The notes under the pieces were generated by a model. It was not told the DNA's origin, did not search any database, and saw only the letters and a program-made list of their open reading frames with translations. This document shows, one piece after another, positions 16,581-19,317 of a DNA stretch of 19,317 bases (position 1 is the first letter of the stretch; every line of letters starts with the position of its first letter). The stretch comes from an uncultured bacterium. GTDB lineage: Bacteria > Lernaellota > Lernaellaia > Lernaellales > Lernaellaceae. Made by a program: the position numbers and the translations under genes. The stretch lies in the NCBI GenBank assembly GCA_964534375.1, contig CAZHPN010000122.1, forward strand, positions 1-19,317, in the 5' to 3' direction.

Positions 16581-16848
16581 CGGTGTTCTCCTTTTCTCTT
16601 CCCGACGCAAATACTTCAAGGATCAGGCCAAGTGGTGTTCTCTGCCATTATCGCGCGATTTCAAATAGTTACGCGCCGTCCGCACGATTGCCCGTCGCGG
16701 GGCGAACCGAAGAAATGAAGGGGCCGGTTACGTTTCGTAATTGAATTTTTTGGCTGGCCGGAACGGCGGGCGGTTTCGGCGCGGGGCGAAGTTGCTCCGG
16801 GCGCGCAAACCCTTGTACACTTGACGTTGAGCAAGGGAGGCCGTTCCG

Positions 16849-17469
16849 TTGACCGTCGTCCATCGCGTGAACGCCAAGATATTTTGGCCAGCGGCCATCG
16901 CGACGCTGCTGATCCTGGCGGGGGGGTTGTTTTCCTCGTGCGGATTCGGCGCCGGCGAACATCGTGTTGACGACGACACGTCGCCCGACGACGATGACAA
17001 CGACGATGCGAGCGCGCTGTGGACGGACGCGACATCGGGTCTGACGTGGCAGAACGGCGCAACTGTCGGGGCCGTCGCCTATGATTGGCAGGCGGCGGCC
17101 GGCTACTGCGCGGGCCTGAACTGGGGCGGCCTCACCGGTTGGCGACTGCCGACAATTTCCGAGCTTCGCAGTTTGATCCGCGGGTGCGCCGGCACGATTA
17201 CCGGCGGCTCTTGCGGCGTGACCGACGATTGTCTGAGTTCCCAAGCTTGTTGGAATGCGCTATGTTACGGCTGTTCCGAATCAGGTGGTTCCGGGTCGGG
17301 CGGCGCCTATTGGCCGCCGGAAATCTCAGGCGAGGCCGGCGCCCATGCGTATTGGTCGTCTTCGTCGCTGGCGGACTACGGCTATCTCGCGTGGAGCGTC
17401 GATTTCAGCGCCGCCGGCGTCGACGCGGTCGGCGTCGTCAGCGATCTCGGCGCGCGTTGCGTGCGCTAG
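16849..17469 (+). CDS. DUF1566 (Lcl_C) lipoprotein
   Basis: AGGGAGG SD, FSSC lipobox, DDDTSPDDDD linker, WTDATSGLTWQ, GWRLPTISELRSL, YWSSS, ARCVR. Confidence 0.9.
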   Translation: MTVVHRVNAKIFWPAAIATLLILAGGLFSSCGFGAGEHRVDDDTSPDDDDNDDASALWTDATSGLTWQNGATVGAVAYDWQAAAGYCAGLNWGGLTGWRLPTISELRSLIRGCAGTITGGSCGVTDDCLSSQACWNALCYGCSESGGSGSGGAYWPPEISGEAGAHAYWSSSSLADYGYLAWSVDFSAAGVDAVGVVSDLGARCVR

Positions 17470-17490
17470 CGGCAAGGGGATTTGAAGCCA

Positions 17491-18069
17491 ATGAAAACAA
17501 GCTCGCTGCTGTTGTTCGCGATTCTGGCCGCGGCGTTTGCCGCCTTGTTCTCCGCCGCCTGCGCCTCCCGCGGCGACGACGACGATTCGCCGGCCGCGGA
17601 CCTCGCCGCCGAAAGCGTCTGGACCGACCCGGCGTCGGGGCTCACGTGGCAGAACGGCGCGCCGGTCGGGGGCGACTCGCTATTGCCGGTGGAGGCGAAC
17701 ACCTACTGCACGGGCCTGATGTGGGACGGCCTCGGCGGCTGGCGTATGCCGACGATCTCGGAGCTGCGCAGCTTGCTGCGCGGCTGCGCCGCCACCGTGA
17801 CGGGCGGTTCCTGCGGCGTGACGGACACGTGTTTGAGCCCCTCCACCTGTTGGCTCGACGCTTGCAACGGCTGCTCCGCCTCCGGCGGGCCCGGGACGAA
17901 CGGCGCGTATTGGCCGCCGGAAATCCTGGGCAGCCTCGCCCTCGGCGGCGGGTATTGGTCCTCGTCGGCGGCGGCGGGCAGCGCGGCGCCGAACGGGTGG
18001 TCCATCGATTTCGCGACCGGCGCGGTCTATAGCGACGCCGTTTTCGCCTTCGTGCGTTGCGTGCGGTAA
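17491..18069 (+). CDS. DUF1566 (Lcl_C) lipoprotein
   Basis: SAAC lipobox, DDDDSP, WTDPASGLTWQ, GWRMPTISELRSL, YWSSS, VRCVR. Confidence 0.9.
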   Translation: MKTSSLLLFAILAAAFAALFSAACASRGDDDDSPAADLAAESVWTDPASGLTWQNGAPVGGDSLLPVEANTYCTGLMWDGLGGWRMPTISELRSLLRGCAATVTGGSCGVTDTCLSPSTCWLDACNGCSASGGPGTNGAYWPPEILGSLALGGGYWSSSAAAGSAAPNGWSIDFATGAVYSDAVFAFVRCVR

Positions 18070-18089
18070 CTGGCGCGCGCGAGTTCGCC

Positions 18090-18108
18090 CATAGGGTTGC
18101 GCCCTATG
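18090..18108. terminator. Intergenic hairpin (terminator- or REP-like)
   Basis: CATAGGG-ttgcg-CCCTATG perfect 7-bp stem, 20 bp after the stop. No U-tract. Confidence 0.3.
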
Positions 18109-18239
18109 TGCGAATGCGGCGGCGCCCGACATACAATCGGCGAACACTTTAGTAGATCTTGGTGAATCGCCTGGTTATTAAGAGCAATCAGGGCGATTTC
18201 GAAAGCCCTTGCGTCAACCGGCAAAGGAGAGAAAGAAGC

Positions 18240-18920
18240 ATGAACAAGAAACTCGTTGCGTTGGTGCTCGCGGCCTGCGCCGCGGCCCTGATTTTCGGCC
18301 TCTGGGCCTGCGCGAGCAAAAGCAGCAGCAGCAGTCCCGCGGCCGACGATGACGTCAGCCCGACCGATGACGACGCCAGCCCGACCGATGACGACACGAG
18401 CCCGACCGATGACGACACCAGCCCGACCGATGACGACGACAACGACGACGACGATGCGTCGCCGGGGGAGACGTGGACCGACCCCTCTACGCATTTGATG
18501 TGGGAAGTCAGCAAGAGCGGCGATCGCGATTTGACCAGCGCGCTGTCGTACTGCAACAGCCTTTCGGCAGGCGGCTTCGGCGATTGGCAATTGCCGACGA
18601 TCGACCAACTGCGGACGATCGTGACCGGCTGCGCGGACACAGAAACCAGCGGCGCCTGCGGCGTCACGGATTCCTGCACGAAAGAAACGTGCCACAACAG
18701 CTCGTGCGACGGCTGCAAACAATACGGCGGTCCTGGCGGAAACGGCTGCTACTTGCCGGCCGAGTTGGGCGGCGATTGCGCGGCGCCATATTGGTCCCAG
18801 ACGCCGGACGAGACCGATGCGCTCTACTTCTGGGCCGTCGATTACTCGTACGCCAGCGTCATTGAGCGCTCCGTGAAAAACGCCGCGACCAACGTCCGTT
18901 GCGTGCGCGCGGCGTCGTAG
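18240..18920 (+). CDS. DUF1566 (Lcl_C) lipoprotein with 21-bp SPTDDDx tandem repeats
   Basis: AAAGGAGA SD, LWAC lipobox, (SPTDDDx)4, WTDPSTHLMWE, DWQLPTIDQLRTI, YWSQT, VRCVR. Confidence 0.9.
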   Translation: MNKKLVALVLAACAAALIFGLWACASKSSSSSPAADDDVSPTDDDASPTDDDTSPTDDDTSPTDDDDNDDDDASPGETWTDPSTHLMWEVSKSGDRDLTSALSYCNSLSAGGFGDWQLPTIDQLRTIVTGCADTETSGACGVTDSCTKETCHNSSCDGCKQYGGPGGNGCYLPAELGGDCAAPYWSQTPDETDALYFWAVDYSYASVIERSVKNAATNVRCVRAAS

Positions 18921-18935
18921 GCGAAAGAAGCTCTT

Positions 18936-19290
18936 TACTACTATCGCTCGATTTCTTGTTTCTGCGCCAAGATTTTCGTCGCGCCGTTGCTTCGACTGGG
19001 AATAATGGGACGTATGGGACCGATGGGACTCATGGGACTATCGGCGCCGTGTCCGTTCGTCAACCACGCGCGATAAGACCACGCCGGCCCCGCGCCGGTT
19101 CATTCCGCAATCCGCAATCCGCAATCCGAAATTTGGTTGCGGCTCTGCCGCGCTGTACTACTGTCGCTCGATTTCTTGTTTTGGCGCAAAGATTTTCCGC
19201 CGCCGCTAACGGCCTCGCCGCAGACTCCGGGGCGCCATAGGACCTATAGGACTTATGGGTCTTATAGGTCTTATAGAGACTGTCTATAAA
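18936..19290. repeat. Repeat-rich intergenic region: 42-bp direct repeats, 9-mer arrays, CAATCCG heptamer array, MITE-like end
   Basis: 18936-18977 matches 19156-19197 at 38/42. ATGGGACnn array at ~18997-19041, (CAATCCG) at 19101-19135, ATAGGACCT-like array at 19236-19277. Confidence 0.8.
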
Positions 19291-19317
19291 GTGAATTTTA
19301 TCGTCGTGACGGCGATT

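Noticed and set aside
18899..19240. 113-aa ORF at the window end
   Set aside because: Composed of translated repeat arrays (GTYGTDGTHGT, RNPQSAIRN).
18936..19290. Possible CRISPR array
   Set aside because: Only two 42-bp copies separated by ~180 bp of other repeats; no regular spacers and no cas genes.

Overview
GC-rich bacterial window; the lipoprotein style suggests Myxococcota or another deltaproteobacterial lineage, which is inference only. Positions 1-5460 hold two tandem cassettes, each an RHS-core end with a short Cys-rich tip followed by a multi-TM membrane protein carrying non-catalytic FGE-sulfatase (C-type-lectin fold) domain(s). Each cassette ends at a ~180-bp direct repeat containing a hairpin element. 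The rest of the window has a TauE/SafE exporter, four paralogous DUF1566/Lcl_C lipoproteins with Asp-rich linkers (two with a DGR-VR-like NNY codon signature), a SAM methyltransferase, a 7-blade beta-propeller lipoprotein, DedA, a FadL-like outer-membrane protein, a FabH-like KAS III, a PAS histidine kinase, an HNH protein and a small membrane protein. Intergenic regions are packed with nested 7-mer/9-mer tandem and inverted arrays, REP-like hairpins and MITE-like ends. No transposase, reverse transcriptase, CRISPR array or RNA gene was seen.
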